DNA of 61,662 nucleotides, filler included, from Candidatus Babelota bacterium (GTDB lineage Bacteria > JAGOBX01), in NCBI GenBank assembly GCA_017999075.1. It is 13 parts of 13 records of this genome, joined end to end, with 100 filler letters (N's around TTAATTAATTAA, not from the genome) between each part and the next. Parts side by side here need not be neighbours in the genome. Positions count along the whole stretch, not along the records: positions 6,208 to 20,089 come from JAGOBX010000039.1; 12 more parts are not named here. One strand, written 5' to 3'. The notes beneath the pieces were generated by a model. It ran no database searches, had not been told where the DNA came from, and worked only from the letters and a program-made list of their open reading frames with translations. Within the stretch, counting starts at the first letter, position 1. Every line of letters begins with the position of its first letter. A program made the translations under genes and the position numbers. Below are positions 8,850-19,060 of the stretch, piece after piece.

Positions 8850-10184
8850 TTATTTCAGCGACAAAAATTTATTCATTTTCATTTCGTCTATTTTTTCCGT
8901 AACAGAAACAAGCAGGCAATCAGTAGTGTTATTTATTGTTAATGGAATTCCTGCAGTGATTCCATTAGATTCGGCTTTATATAAAAAAGTTTTGAGTTCA
9001 GCTTCATTATTGAATTGTATTACAAACTCATTAAAAACTTTTGATTTAAATTTTATTTTGAAGCCTTTTTCTTTACATTTTTCTTGAAAATAAGAAGTGT
9101 TCTCGTATAATAAATTGCTTAAATATTTGAACCCTTCGCATCCGAGCATTGACATATAAACAACTGCGCGTAAAGCGCATAATGATTCGTTTGAACATAT
9201 ATTTGACATGGCTTTTTCGCGCCGGATATGCTGTTCTCGTGTCTGAAGCGTAAGCACATATCCTGTTTTTCCGTCTTTATCAAGGGTTTTACCGACTATA
9301 CGTCCTGGTATAAATCTTGAAAAATCAGTTTTAGCTGAAATTACTCCAAGCAGAGGTCCGCCCGCAGACATTGGCAATCCGAGACATTGTCCCTCAGCTA
9401 CGGCTATATCAAATCCTATTTCCCCTGGTTTTTTCAATAATCCGAGAGATATAGGGTAATAAACCATGATTTTTATTATAGATTCGTTTAATTTAAAAAT
9501 ATTTTTCAATTCTTCCAAATTTTCAATTATTCCAAAGTAATTTGGAGATTGAATACATATTACATCAGCTTTTTTTATATTATTTTTTAAAAATTCCGTA
9601 TCAATAGCTCCTGATGATTGGTCGAATGGAATTTCAATAAATTGAATATTTGAATATTTTAAATAAGTATCAATTGTTTTTTTGAAATTATAATTTAAAG
9701 AAGATGGTAATAACACGGTTCCTTCGATTTTTTTGTTCTTTTTTAATAATGCCATTTTTATGGATTCAATTAAAGCTGTAGCTCCGTCATAAAGAGAAGC
9801 GTTGGAAATATCAAGCTTTGTCAACTCGCATACTGCGGTTTGATATTCGAAAATATACTGCAGAGTCCCCTGACTTATTTCTGGTTGATACGGAGTATAT
9901 GCTGTAAAAAATTCAGAACGGTTTGAAATAAAATCTACTGCCGCAGGTATGTAATGATCATAAATTCCGCCGCCTGCAAAACAGATTGAAGGATTTAACG
10001 AAACTCCGGTTAATTCATTTTCTATTTCAATCATTGACTTTTGGCACAATTCTTTTCTGTTTGTGTTTTCGTTCCATAAAAATTTTAAATTTTCAGGGAT
10101 ATCGCAAAATAAATCATCGATTTTATTTATTCCGGTTTCTTTAATCATTTCATTGATTTTATCCTGGTTTATAGGTATATACAT
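8850..10184 (-). CDS. gcvPA: Glycine dehydrogenase (decarboxylating) subunit 1
   Basis: MYIP start, FAGGGIYDHYIP, TAYTPYQPEISQG, NASLYDG, LQTREQHIRREKA.SNIC. Confidence 0.96.
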   Translation of the reverse strand: MYIPINQDKINEMIKETGINKIDDLFCDIPENLKFLWNENTNRKELCQKSMIEIENELTGVSLNPSICFAGGGIYDHYIPAAVDFISNRSEFFTAYTPYQPEISQGTLQYIFEYQTAVCELTKLDISNASLYDGATALIESIKMALLKKNKKIEGTVLLPSSLNYNFKKTIDTYLKYSNIQFIEIPFDQSSGAIDTEFLKNNIKKADVICIQSPNYFGIIENLEELKNIFKLNESIIKIMVYYPISLGLLKKPGEIGFDIAVAEGQCLGLPMSAGGPLLGVISAKTDFSRFIPGRIVGKTLDKDGKTGYVLTLQTREQHIRREKAMSNICSNESLCALRAVVYMSMLGCEGFKYLSNLLYENTSYFQEKCKEKGFKIKFKSKVFNEFVIQFNNEAELKTFLYKAESNGITAGIPLTINNTTDCLLVSVTEKIDEMKMNKFLSLK

Positions 10185-10319
10185 AATATGACTCCTGAAA
10201 CTTGTTGTTATTGATAATTTTGAAAATTGAAAATAATGCTTTAAAATAATATTTTATAAAAATCTATAAAAATTATTTTAAGAATAGTTTTTTTTTATTA
10301 AAAAGCAAGAGTTTTTTTA

Positions 10320-10347
10320 TTGACTTTTTTTTGTGTTGAAATATACT
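10320..10347 (+). promoter_or_regulatory. Putative sigma70 promoter for the TonB-receptor operon
   Basis: TTGACT-16 nt-TATACT in the divergent intergenic region; AT-rich background lowers specificity. Confidence 0.5.
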
Positions 10348-10493
10348 TTTATAAAAATATTAAACTATAATTGTTTTTTAAATATTATTAAATGAATATA
10401 AAAAGTGCCTTGGTTCATTTATTCTTATTATTATCTTTAATTTTTCATCTTTTTAAATCAATTAACCTAAACAATTTTTTTGGAGTAAAATCA

Positions 10494-11267
10494 ATGTTAA
10501 GGAAAAGTTTTATAGTGGTGATGTTTGTTTTTGTTTTATCTGCTGTAGTTACAGCAGCTGAAATAACAATATTTTTTTATAACCCTGATGCGGCTCCTAC
10601 TGATCCTTCAATATTAATCAAAACATCAAGTGATTATTTTAAAAAAGCAGGAGTCCAAATAAAAATTCAGCCGGTAATTGATGCTGACGTTTTTGCTAAA
10701 CTGGTTAAAGAAAATAAAGCGAAAGTTTTTATAGCTTCTTCAGGATTATTGAAAAGTTTGGGCGCAGGATTTAAAGAAATATTGATTCCGAATAGTGAAG
10801 ACGGAACCCCGACTTATAAAAAAATAGTTATGGTAAAAGAAGATTTTAAATCAGTTGCGGATTTAAAAGGTCAGAATGTGGGTTCGACTTCGTTGGGACC
10901 GGAAAGTTTGAACTTTTTAAATGAATATGTGTTTAAACCGTCGGAATACGATTTGTCTAATTCAAAAGTAATATATGTTAAAAAAGACATTGATGCGTTA
11001 TTAGCAGCTAAGATAGGGCAAATAAAAGCTGCGGTTATATCTGAAAAAAATTTATCTAAAATAGAAAAAATAAATCCTGCTGCAGTTGCAGGAATAAAAA
11101 AATTATTAACTTCAGGAAATATTCCTGAATCACCTCTGTGCGCTGCGAATGATGTTCCGGCCGGAGATATAGATACCTTAACCAAAGCATTTACCGATAT
11201 GCATAATACGCCTGAAGGCAAAGAGTTCTTGAAAATACTCGGTTACTCAAAATGGGTAACAAAATAA
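10494..11267 (+). CDS. Periplasmic binding protein, PhnD/phosphonate-binding-like (type 2 PBP)
   Basis: Likely ATG at 10494 after GGAG; signal peptide; DLKG, DALLA..GQIKAA and MH.TPEGKEFL patterns. Confidence 0.7.
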   Translation: MLRKSFIVVMFVFVLSAVVTAAEITIFFYNPDAAPTDPSILIKTSSDYFKKAGVQIKIQPVIDADVFAKLVKENKAKVFIASSGLLKSLGAGFKEILIPNSEDGTPTYKKIVMVKEDFKSVADLKGQNVGSTSLGPESLNFLNEYVFKPSEYDLSNSKVIYVKKDIDALLAAKIGQIKAAVISEKNLSKIEKINPAAVAGIKKLLTSGNIPESPLCAANDVPAGDIDTLTKAFTDMHNTPEGKEFLKILGYSKWVTK

Positions 11268-11281
11268 GGAGAATAATTATT

Positions 11282-12250
11282 ATGAATAGAATATTATCAA
11301 CTAAAGTTTGGGCACTCATAATATTTATATGTATTGTTAGTTTTTTAATAGGTTTGCCCGTTTTCGCCGAGTTTAATATAGCAGTGGTTAAAACTACCGG
11401 AGAACGTTCGCAATTCAATGAAGTTGCAACTAATTTTATTTCTACTATAAATCAGAAAAAAGGGTTTACTATTAAAGAATATGATTTAAAACAGACTGAT
11501 GCAGAAGATCTTGCCAAGGATCTTCAAAAGTCTAAAACAGATTTAATTTATGCTATTGGAGATAAAGCTGCTGCGAATATGACTGAATATACCAAAGATA
11601 TACCTATAATTTTTTCTATGATATTGAATTATAAAAATCCTAAATTAAAACTTTATAACAGTTCGAAAGTGGCTGGAATTTCTCTTGAAGTGCCTGCGGA
11701 AGTAACATTTATGCAGATGCAGATGCTTATACCTAATGTGAAAAATGTCGGAATAATATATTCTGATAAAAGTAAAGAAATTGTTGATGGAATATTGAAA
11801 AAACAGGCTGATTTCGGTATAAACATAAATGCTTTGAAAATCAATTCTTCAGATGATATAGATGATGCGTTCAATAATGTGAAAAAAAGTTCCCAGGCGA
11901 TTTATATGGTTGCTGACCCTGCAATTTATAATCAAAAAACAACATTGGAACTAATAGAAAAATGCAAAGAATATAAAATGCCTTTTATAGCATTTTCAGA
12001 TAATTTTGTTAAAGCAGGAGCGTTAATGTCGATTTCTCCGAGTTATTCGACAATCGGTTCGCAAGCTGCAAGCATAGCTGAAAAAATATTGATTGATAAA
12101 ATGTCTCCGGATAATGTCGGAGTTGAACCTCCAATAGGAACTTTTTTTGTTATAAACGCATTGACTTTGACAGAAATAGGAATTACTTCTAACGAAGATG
12201 TATTGAGTTTTGCAGATAAGGTTTACAGGCAGGCAGATTTTGAAAAATAA
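11282..12250 (+). CDS. ABC-type substrate-binding protein (ABC_sub_bind family, type 1 PBP)
   Basis: Signal peptide; IYAIGDKAA, VAGISL, VGIIYS, FVKAGALMS, IGSQAA, FVIN motifs. Confidence 0.8.
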   Translation: MNRILSTKVWALIIFICIVSFLIGLPVFAEFNIAVVKTTGERSQFNEVATNFISTINQKKGFTIKEYDLKQTDAEDLAKDLQKSKTDLIYAIGDKAAANMTEYTKDIPIIFSMILNYKNPKLKLYNSSKVAGISLEVPAEVTFMQMQMLIPNVKNVGIIYSDKSKEIVDGILKKQADFGININALKINSSDDIDDAFNNVKKSSQAIYMVADPAIYNQKTTLELIEKCKEYKMPFIAFSDNFVKAGALMSISPSYSTIGSQAASIAEKILIDKMSPDNVGVEPPIGTFFVINALTLTEIGITSNEDVLSFADKVYRQADFEK

Positions 12251-12348
12251 TTTTTTTTGCCGAAATTAATTAAGAAGAAATTGTATTTTTTATTACAATA
12301 TTCGGTAAAAAATGATATAGATAATTAAAAAGGAAGAGGAGGATTTTT

Positions 12349-14640
12349 ATGAAAGAACGGTTTTTGTGGGTTGTAAGTTTGGTTTTTATTTTTACTTTCA
12401 TAGTTGCTGTTCAGGCTGCTGACGATGATTTTGAAAGTGAAGATGCATTCTTTAAAGTTGAAGAAGAAATTGCTTCAGTTGCATCAAAATACGCTCAGAA
12501 AGTCAGTGAAACACCGGCAATAATAAGCGTTGTGTCCGAAGAACAAATCAGGAATTCTGGAGCTAAAAATTTGCTGGAAATAGTTAAATTGATTCCGGGC
12601 GTTGAAACTTTTATTACTCAGGACGGATATCCTGAAATTTCTTTCAGAGGAATAAGAGGAAGAGCAAATGTTTTATTCCAGATTGACGGACATAGACTTA
12701 ATAGTTTTTATGATGGCCAGTCAATGTATAATTTTTCTGTACAGGGTATCAAAAAAGTTGAATTGATTCGCGGACCAGGTTCGTCAATGCACGGAACTAA
12801 CGCATTTGTCGGAGTTATTAATATAATAACAAAAGAATATGACGGAGAAAGCGAATTAAAATTTGTCAGCGGGGACAATTCTACTAACGGAATTACAGTT
12901 TTTACAGGTAAAAAATTTTCAGAAACAAATAAATTTACTGTTTTTGCGCATTCAATTAAATCCGATAATTCTGATTTACAGTTAAGAAGTGACGCAAGAT
13001 ATAATCAAAAAGCTACTAACACAGAATATCCGTCACCGATTGATGATAAAAATGAGCAGAATTACCTGTCTTTTATATACAACCTTAAAAAATCTAAAAT
13101 TAATTTTCATTATTTTGATGAGAACAGAGGCGCATACATAGGCACAAATTCTTATGCTGATTCAAATCAGTTTGTTAAAAGCAGACAGATGGTGATTGAT
13201 TATTTACTTAATGAAATAAAAATTAATGATAAATCAAATATCAGCAGCAAAGTATATTTTGATAATGGAAAATATGAAAAATATACTTTTGCAGGATTCA
13301 GCGATGAACGCGATGGCCCGACTGGAAGCAGGGGATATACCAAAACAGATTATAAATCAATGACAATAGGAACTGAAATGCAGTTAAACTGGCAGCCTGT
13401 AGAAAGCCATAAGATTGTATCCGGTTTTCAATATGAATATATGAAACTGTCTGATTACGAATTTTTAACTAATTTCGCAAAACCTTACGATGGAAAATGG
13501 GTTAAAGATTATTTATACGGATATGGATTAGGATATCCTACGAGCTTTACTACTGATCCAAGAACAGGCGCTGTTATAACAGGGTTGGGAAATTGGCATG
13601 GTCTTACATTCCCGCAGAATACGGATAGAAAAATTTTCGGATTGTTTTTACAGGATGAGTGGAAAATTCATTCTAAATTTATAACTACTCTCGGATTGAG
13701 ATATGATAATTACAGTGATTTTGGTTCTACAGTGAACCCTAAAGTTGCTGCAGTTTCTCCAATCATTCCGGATAAATTCATTATCAAAGCTTCTTATGCT
13801 ACTGCATTCAGAGCCCCTACTTTTCAAGAGTTATATGACAGAAGCCAAATATCTGTTAAAAACGGATCAAACGGAAATGTTAACCTTGATCCTGAAAAAA
13901 TTAAAACTTTTGAACTTGGGTTTGAATACAGGCCTCATAAATCTGTAAAAGTAAAACTTAATGGTTTTATAAACGAAATTGAAGATAATATTTTTGCACA
14001 GAATGTTAATAAACTTTGGGGAGCTTCAGGTCCTTACGATCAGTATGAAAATATTAATGGAATTGATATCAAAGGTTTTGAAAGTGAAATTAAATACGAT
14101 TATGATAAACAGAACTATAGCTTTTTTAATTATTCATGGTTTGAAGCTGTTAATAAAGGCGGTTATATAGTAGGAGTTGACGGCAATGGTCCGGTTCGTA
14201 CTTCTTATGAATCTGATATGATGGAAGTTCCTCAGAAACGTTATAACTTGGGTGTTAACGTGGATGGAACTTTGTTCGGATGTTTAAAAAATAAAAAAGG
14301 CAGAAATTATTCTCTGAATGCAGCATATCTTTATGCTTCAGAACGATACATCAATATGCTTGATTTGGTTTCAGCAACAGGAACTTCATATTCGAATAGC
14401 GGCGGAAGAAGATGGAAAATAGATAAATACGGAGTAATAAATTTATCTTTGAGAACAACTGAATCTTTAAGTAAAGATTTTTCCGTTCAATTATCAGTTT
14501 ATAATTTAACCGATGAAGATGTTTATGATAATTATTATGATACCGTGAATCTTAATAAAACAACAATAGACTGGACGTCTGATAAAATTTTCCCTGTTCA
14601 CGGCAGATTTTTTAATGCGAGCGTTTCGGTTAAATTTTAA
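12349..14640 (+). CDS. TonB-dependent outer-membrane receptor
   Basis: Signal peptide; plug motifs (IPGV, IKKVELIRGPGSSMHG..A..GVINIITK); barrel motifs (LGLRYD, AFRAPT, LDPEKI); C-terminal Phe. Confidence 0.95.
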   Translation: MKERFLWVVSLVFIFTFIVAVQAADDDFESEDAFFKVEEEIASVASKYAQKVSETPAIISVVSEEQIRNSGAKNLLEIVKLIPGVETFITQDGYPEISFRGIRGRANVLFQIDGHRLNSFYDGQSMYNFSVQGIKKVELIRGPGSSMHGTNAFVGVINIITKEYDGESELKFVSGDNSTNGITVFTGKKFSETNKFTVFAHSIKSDNSDLQLRSDARYNQKATNTEYPSPIDDKNEQNYLSFIYNLKKSKINFHYFDENRGAYIGTNSYADSNQFVKSRQMVIDYLLNEIKINDKSNISSKVYFDNGKYEKYTFAGFSDERDGPTGSRGYTKTDYKSMTIGTEMQLNWQPVESHKIVSGFQYEYMKLSDYEFLTNFAKPYDGKWVKDYLYGYGLGYPTSFTTDPRTGAVITGLGNWHGLTFPQNTDRKIFGLFLQDEWKIHSKFITTLGLRYDNYSDFGSTVNPKVAAVSPIIPDKFIIKASYATAFRAPTFQELYDRSQISVKNGSNGNVNLDPEKIKTFELGFEYRPHKSVKVKLNGFINEIEDNIFAQNVNKLWGASGPYDQYENINGIDIKGFESEIKYDYDKQNYSFFNYSWFEAVNKGGYIVGVDGNGPVRTSYESDMMEVPQKRYNLGVNVDGTLFGCLKNKKGRNYSLNAAYLYASERYINMLDLVSATGTSYSNSGGRRWKIDKYGVINLSLRTTESLSKDFSVQLSVYNLTDEDVYDNYYDTVNLNKTTIDWTSDKIFPVHGRFFNASVSVKF

Positions 14641-14661
14641 TGATAAAGGAGGAAAAATATT

Positions 14662-15759
14662 ATGAAAAAAACAGTTATTTTCAATGTTTTAATTTTTATT
14701 ATACCGGTTTTATTTTTTATTGGATGCGGTTCTGTTAATGAACCTCAGACATATTCTCCGACGACTTCGGTTTCTGATGTAATAAGTCTTGCGCCTCTTG
14801 CAGATTATAAAACTTATTATGATACTGCTATGACACAGGCAGGATTGGTTTGGCCTGATGTAACGCCTGCAGTTCAGGCGCAAGATACGTATACTACAAT
14901 ATCTGCTTCAAAGTACGGTTTATTCTATAAAACTACTGGTTTTATATATTCTACGACAAAAGGAATATATATGCCAGGAAGTTATATAGGTAATGCCAGA
15001 GGATATGAAAGTCTGGTAGGAAATCTTTTTGTTGACGCGATGTTTTACGGAGCAAGAACAATTGATTCAAGGGTTCAGTTTTTTTATGGTAATTTAGGCG
15101 GAATCAGAGATGATAAAGCTACTGCAGGAAATTATCTGTCAAATTCTGATCCGTTTAAAAATTATATAGTTCCCGGAGCAGAATTAAGCGCAGGAGTTCA
15201 GACAGGACTTTTCTTTTATGCAAATTATCTTGAAGTACTGAAAATTAAAGGGGAAAATCTGCTTGATATGTTTGAACACGGAGCAGCAGCATGGACAAAT
15301 AAAACAACTATAGGAAGCCGTGGAAAATTCACTCAGATTGCTGGAGCTAAGGTTGAATTAGACAGAAGCAAAGTAAGTTACCCTTCTACTGGATATGAAA
15401 AAGTAAGGAAAATTTATATTACGACTAATAATGATACCGCAGTATGGGCAATTGATTACAGCGATGCATCAGATACTACTAAATGGACAAAAATATATGA
15501 TAAAGATTTAGGCGGATGGATGGCAGGATATTCTAATACAACAGAATTTTATATGGCGACTTCGAATTATGTGGCGAATGCAGGCGATGATTATACGATG
15601 TTATATTATGCTAAACAATATCAGGGTGGATTTATTAAAACTGATCCACGTACACAAGGGCAGTGGTTTGGAGAATACATATCTGCTTATAAAAGCGTTA
15701 GAGGAGCTAATGCTACATTTATGCCCACAATGCAGCAGAGAATTAAGTTTGTAGATTAA
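14662..15759 (+). CDS. Lipoprotein with 5'-nucleotidase C-terminal (substrate-binding) domain only
   Basis: Lipobox FIGC; ESLVGNLFVDAM, NLGGIR, TSNYVANAGDDY; no calcineurin-like metallophosphoesterase motifs. Confidence 0.75.
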   Translation: MKKTVIFNVLIFIIPVLFFIGCGSVNEPQTYSPTTSVSDVISLAPLADYKTYYDTAMTQAGLVWPDVTPAVQAQDTYTTISASKYGLFYKTTGFIYSTTKGIYMPGSYIGNARGYESLVGNLFVDAMFYGARTIDSRVQFFYGNLGGIRDDKATAGNYLSNSDPFKNYIVPGAELSAGVQTGLFFYANYLEVLKIKGENLLDMFEHGAAAWTNKTTIGSRGKFTQIAGAKVELDRSKVSYPSTGYEKVRKIYITTNNDTAVWAIDYSDASDTTKWTKIYDKDLGGWMAGYSNTTEFYMATSNYVANAGDDYTMLYYAKQYQGGFIKTDPRTQGQWFGEYISAYKSVRGANATFMPTMQQRIKFVD

Positions 15760-15819
15760 AGTTTTATATAGAAAATGCGGGATTTCCTGTGTTTTAAATG
15801 TAAATGTGAGTGAGTGAAT

Positions 15820-15861
15820 AAAACGGCATCGTTTTAATTTAAAGCGGTGCCGTTTTTTTTT
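15820..15861 (+). terminator. Rho-independent terminator
   Basis: AAAACGGCATCG...CGGTGCCGTTTT stem followed by a T-run, just after the operon. Confidence 0.8.
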
Positions 15862-15982
15862 GTATTGATTAAAATCGAGAAAAAGTGCCGAAAAAGTGCC
15901 GTATCGTCAAAAGTCATTTTTTATTTTTTAAAATATCCGGGTATATTTGAAGAATTGTGTGGCGCAAAAAAATGCGGATATT

Positions 15983-17176
15983 TTATTTTGAATAAAATAA
16001 ATTGCTGTATAATTCTTCAAAGTTGTCAATAAGTTTTTTTATTGTGTATCTGCTTAAAACATATTCCTGTCCTGATTTACTCAGTTTTTCACGTAAAATT
16101 TTATCAGTGCATAAAGTATAAATTTTTTCTGAAAGTTTTTCTGGATTTTGGGATTCTGCAAGAAGTCCGGTCTGATTGTCGATTATTAAATCCCCCACTC
16201 CTCCGACATCTGTAGAAATTACAGGTATTCCGGCTGCAAGAGATTCTATTATTACCGTTGGTAACCCTTCGTTTATTGAAGTCAGAACTACAATATCGCT
16301 CATTCCGTAATATTTATCAAGTTCACTTGAAAATCCTGTGAATTCAAAATAATCGGATAATTTATAACTATTGATTAAGTCAGTTATTTCTTGTTTCAGA
16401 TATCCGTCACCTACAATGAATACTTTAAAATTTTGGAACCTGGTTTTTAATATATTTATTGATTCGACAAGCAGTCTGTGATTTTTTATTGGAACTATTC
16501 TCGCAATAATGCTTATAACAATCTGTTCTTCGTTAATTTTATATTTTTTACGCATTTCATTTCTATATTTTTTTGAGTTTATGAATTCGTTAAGTTCCAG
16601 TCCTAACGGGATATTTATTATTTTATCATATCCGCCGAGATTCAGTTCCACAAAATCTTTTCTTTGTTTACTGCTTACACTGATTATTTTATCAGTGAAT
16701 TTAGCCAGAATTTGTTCGATTACAGTAAAAAATTTAGTTTTTGATTTCGAAAAATATCCGTCAAATATATGACCATGAAATGTATGCACTATTTTTTTTC
16801 TGAACGTTAGAATTGCAGCTATCCGCCCGAGGGTTCCTGCTTTAGCAGTATGCGTATGAACAATATCAGGCTGGAATGTCAGCATTATCCATATAAGTTT
16901 TATTAAAGCAATAAAATCGTATAGAAAGATAAGTTCACGCTGCATTTTTTCTATCAATATAAATTTTACATTCATTTTTTCGCATAAATAAAACATATTG
17001 CCTTCAGCTTCTGATTCTTTGCCGGTTATTAGTTTAACATCGAATTTTGTTTTATCAAGAAGAGCAGCAAGGTAAATTACATTTACCGCAGGTCCGCCGA
17101 TATTTAATCTTGTGACAATCTCAAGAATTTTAATTTTTTTATTCTTTTTATTAGACATAATATTTTTTTGATTCAT
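15983..17176 (-). CDS. GT4 glycosyltransferase
   Basis: RLNIGGPA, HTHTAKAG, EGLPTVIIE (EX7E), TDVGG. Confidence 0.92.
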   Translation of the reverse strand: MNQKNIMSNKKNKKIKILEIVTRLNIGGPAVNVIYLAALLDKTKFDVKLITGKESEAEGNMFYLCEKMNVKFILIEKMQRELIFLYDFIALIKLIWIMLTFQPDIVHTHTAKAGTLGRIAAILTFRKKIVHTFHGHIFDGYFSKSKTKFFTVIEQILAKFTDKIISVSSKQRKDFVELNLGGYDKIINIPLGLELNEFINSKKYRNEMRKKYKINEEQIVISIIARIVPIKNHRLLVESINILKTRFQNFKVFIVGDGYLKQEITDLINSYKLSDYFEFTGFSSELDKYYGMSDIVVLTSINEGLPTVIIESLAAGIPVISTDVGGVGDLIIDNQTGLLAESQNPEKLSEKIYTLCTDKILREKLSKSGQEYVLSRYTIKKLIDNFEELYSNLFYSK

Positions 17177-18275
17177 ATAAATCGGAAATTGATTTTATGA
17201 ATTTCCCTATTGAAAAATTTGTTTTTACAGTTTCAAAAGCATTTTCAGAAATTTTATAATTTAATTGTTCATCCTTCAACAACATAGAAGTTTTTTCTAT
17301 AAATTCATCTGCCGAATGTTCGCATAGAAAACCGGATTCGAAATCTTTTACAAGTTCAGACATTCCTCCGACATCAGGAATCACAACGGGTAATCCTTCT
17401 GCCATTGCTTCAAGTACAGCTCTTGAGGAACTTTCCCACAAAGAAGTTAAAATAAAAATATCAAACATTTTAAGCAAATATCTTACATTATTCTGATGAC
17501 CTAAAAATTTTATGTTTTCAACTTTTTTTTCCGAAGCATAATTTCGGATATTTTTTAATTCAGGTCCGGAACCGATAGATACAAAATATAAATCATTAAA
17601 AATTTGGTTCAAACCTGAACAAATATCAATAAATAATTTATAATTTTTTACCGGGGTTAAGTTTGCGACAATTCCTATAACTCTGCAATTTTCCGGTATT
17701 TTATGTTCGTTTTTTATTTTTAATGAAATTGTTTTTTTTATTGATAAATCGAATTTTTCAAATTCTAATTTTATCCCGTTAGGTATCACAATAATTTTTT
17801 TTTTATCGATTTTTTCTCTTTCAGAAACAACAGTTTTTACAAGTTCCGAGTTTGATGTGAAAACATCAACAAGTTTTGCAGTTAAAAAATCGATGAATAT
17901 ATGATATATTTTTTTCCAGTAATCAGGACTGCGGTATGAAGATATAATTGTCTTAACTCCTGCAATTTTTGATAATATTCTTCCTGCCTGGTCCGCGTGG
18001 AACAGATATGTGTTTACAATATCAGGTTTTTCGTTTTTTATTATTTTATATAATTTTAATATTCCGATAATATCAAATTTGTTTTTCATTTTTAAAGAAT
18101 ATACTTTGCAATTGCGTTTTTCAAGTTCTTCAATCAATTGACCATTTCCAATCAGAGCTACAAAGTTCATTTCAAACTTGCTTCTGTCGAAATGTTCTGC
18201 TAATGATATCAGCATTTTTTCAGTTCCGCCTATTCTGCTGTCAGTGGTAATATGAAGAATTTTAATTTTTTTCAT
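17151..18275 (-). CDS. GT4 glycosyltransferase
   Basis: IGGTEK, IPNGI, ESSSRAVLEAMA (EX7E), DVGG. Confidence 0.92.
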   Translation of the reverse strand: MKKIKILHITTDSRIGGTEKMLISLAEHFDRSKFEMNFVALIGNGQLIEELEKRNCKVYSLKMKNKFDIIGILKLYKIIKNEKPDIVNTYLFHADQAGRILSKIAGVKTIISSYRSPDYWKKIYHIFIDFLTAKLVDVFTSNSELVKTVVSEREKIDKKKIIVIPNGIKLEFEKFDLSIKKTISLKIKNEHKIPENCRVIGIVANLTPVKNYKLFIDICSGLNQIFNDLYFVSIGSGPELKNIRNYASEKKVENIKFLGHQNNVRYLLKMFDIFILTSLWESSSRAVLEAMAEGLPVVIPDVGGMSELVKDFESGFLCEHSADEFIEKTSMLLKDEQLNYKISENAFETVKTNFSIGKFIKSISDLYESKKYYV

Positions 18276-18321
18276 TTTGTTATGTCCCGCAATTAATTAT
18301 ATTAACAGATTTATTCTTAAT

Positions 18322-19059
18322 TCAGTAATTTTCCGATGAATATTTTTTTAAAATTTCATCTGCTGTTCCTTCCATTTTTATGATTCCTTTATCTAACCAG
18401 AATACATAATCAGCAACTTTTGAAACTGCTCCAAGATCGTGAGAGGCAAAAATTATGCATTTTTTGTTTTTTTTGAATTCATTGATTTTATCAAGGCATT
18501 TATGCTGGAATTTCATATCCCCTACAGCTATTACTTCGTCACAAAGAAAAACTTCAAAGTTTAATTGAATAGCTATTGAAAACCCAAGGCGCATAAACAT
18601 TCCTGCTGAATATATTTTTATTTTTGAATCAATGAATTTTTCGAGTTCCGAAAATTCAAGTATTTTGTCTAAATTTGAGTCAATATCTTTTTTTGACATC
18701 CCCATAATAGAACTGTTAAGATAAATGTTTTCTTTGCCGGTAAGTTCAGGATGAAATCCAGAACAAAGTTCTAATAATGTTGAAATTTTTCCTGAAACAT
18801 TAACTTTTCCAGAACTCGGAGTTATTATTCCTGCCATTGTTTGAAGCAACGTGCTTTTTCCTGAACCATTTCTGCCTATAAGGGCGTAACATTTGCCTTT
18901 TTCAAGATTCATATTAATATTTTTCAGCGACCATAAGATTTCATATGAACCTGGAGTTTTTAGAAAAGGCAGAATATTTTTTATAAGAGCCGGAGATTCA
19001 TAAAATACTTTAAACTTTTTTGAAACATTTTCAAGTTGAACTGCGAATTCAGGCATCAA
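18322..19059 (-). CDS. Wzt/TagH-like polysaccharide export ABC ATPase
   Basis: GRNGSGKST, GFHPELTGKENI, YSAGMFMRLGF, DEVIAVGD..FQ.KC, ASHD. Confidence 0.92.
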   Translation of the reverse strand: MMPEFAVQLENVSKKFKVFYESPALIKNILPFLKTPGSYEILWSLKNINMNLEKGKCYALIGRNGSGKSTLLQTMAGIITPSSGKVNVSGKISTLLELCSGFHPELTGKENIYLNSSIMGMSKKDIDSNLDKILEFSELEKFIDSKIKIYSAGMFMRLGFSIAIQLNFEVFLCDEVIAVGDMKFQHKCLDKINEFKKNKKCIIFASHDLGAVSKVADYVFWLDKGIIKMEGTADEILKKYSSENY

Positions 19060-19060
19060 T

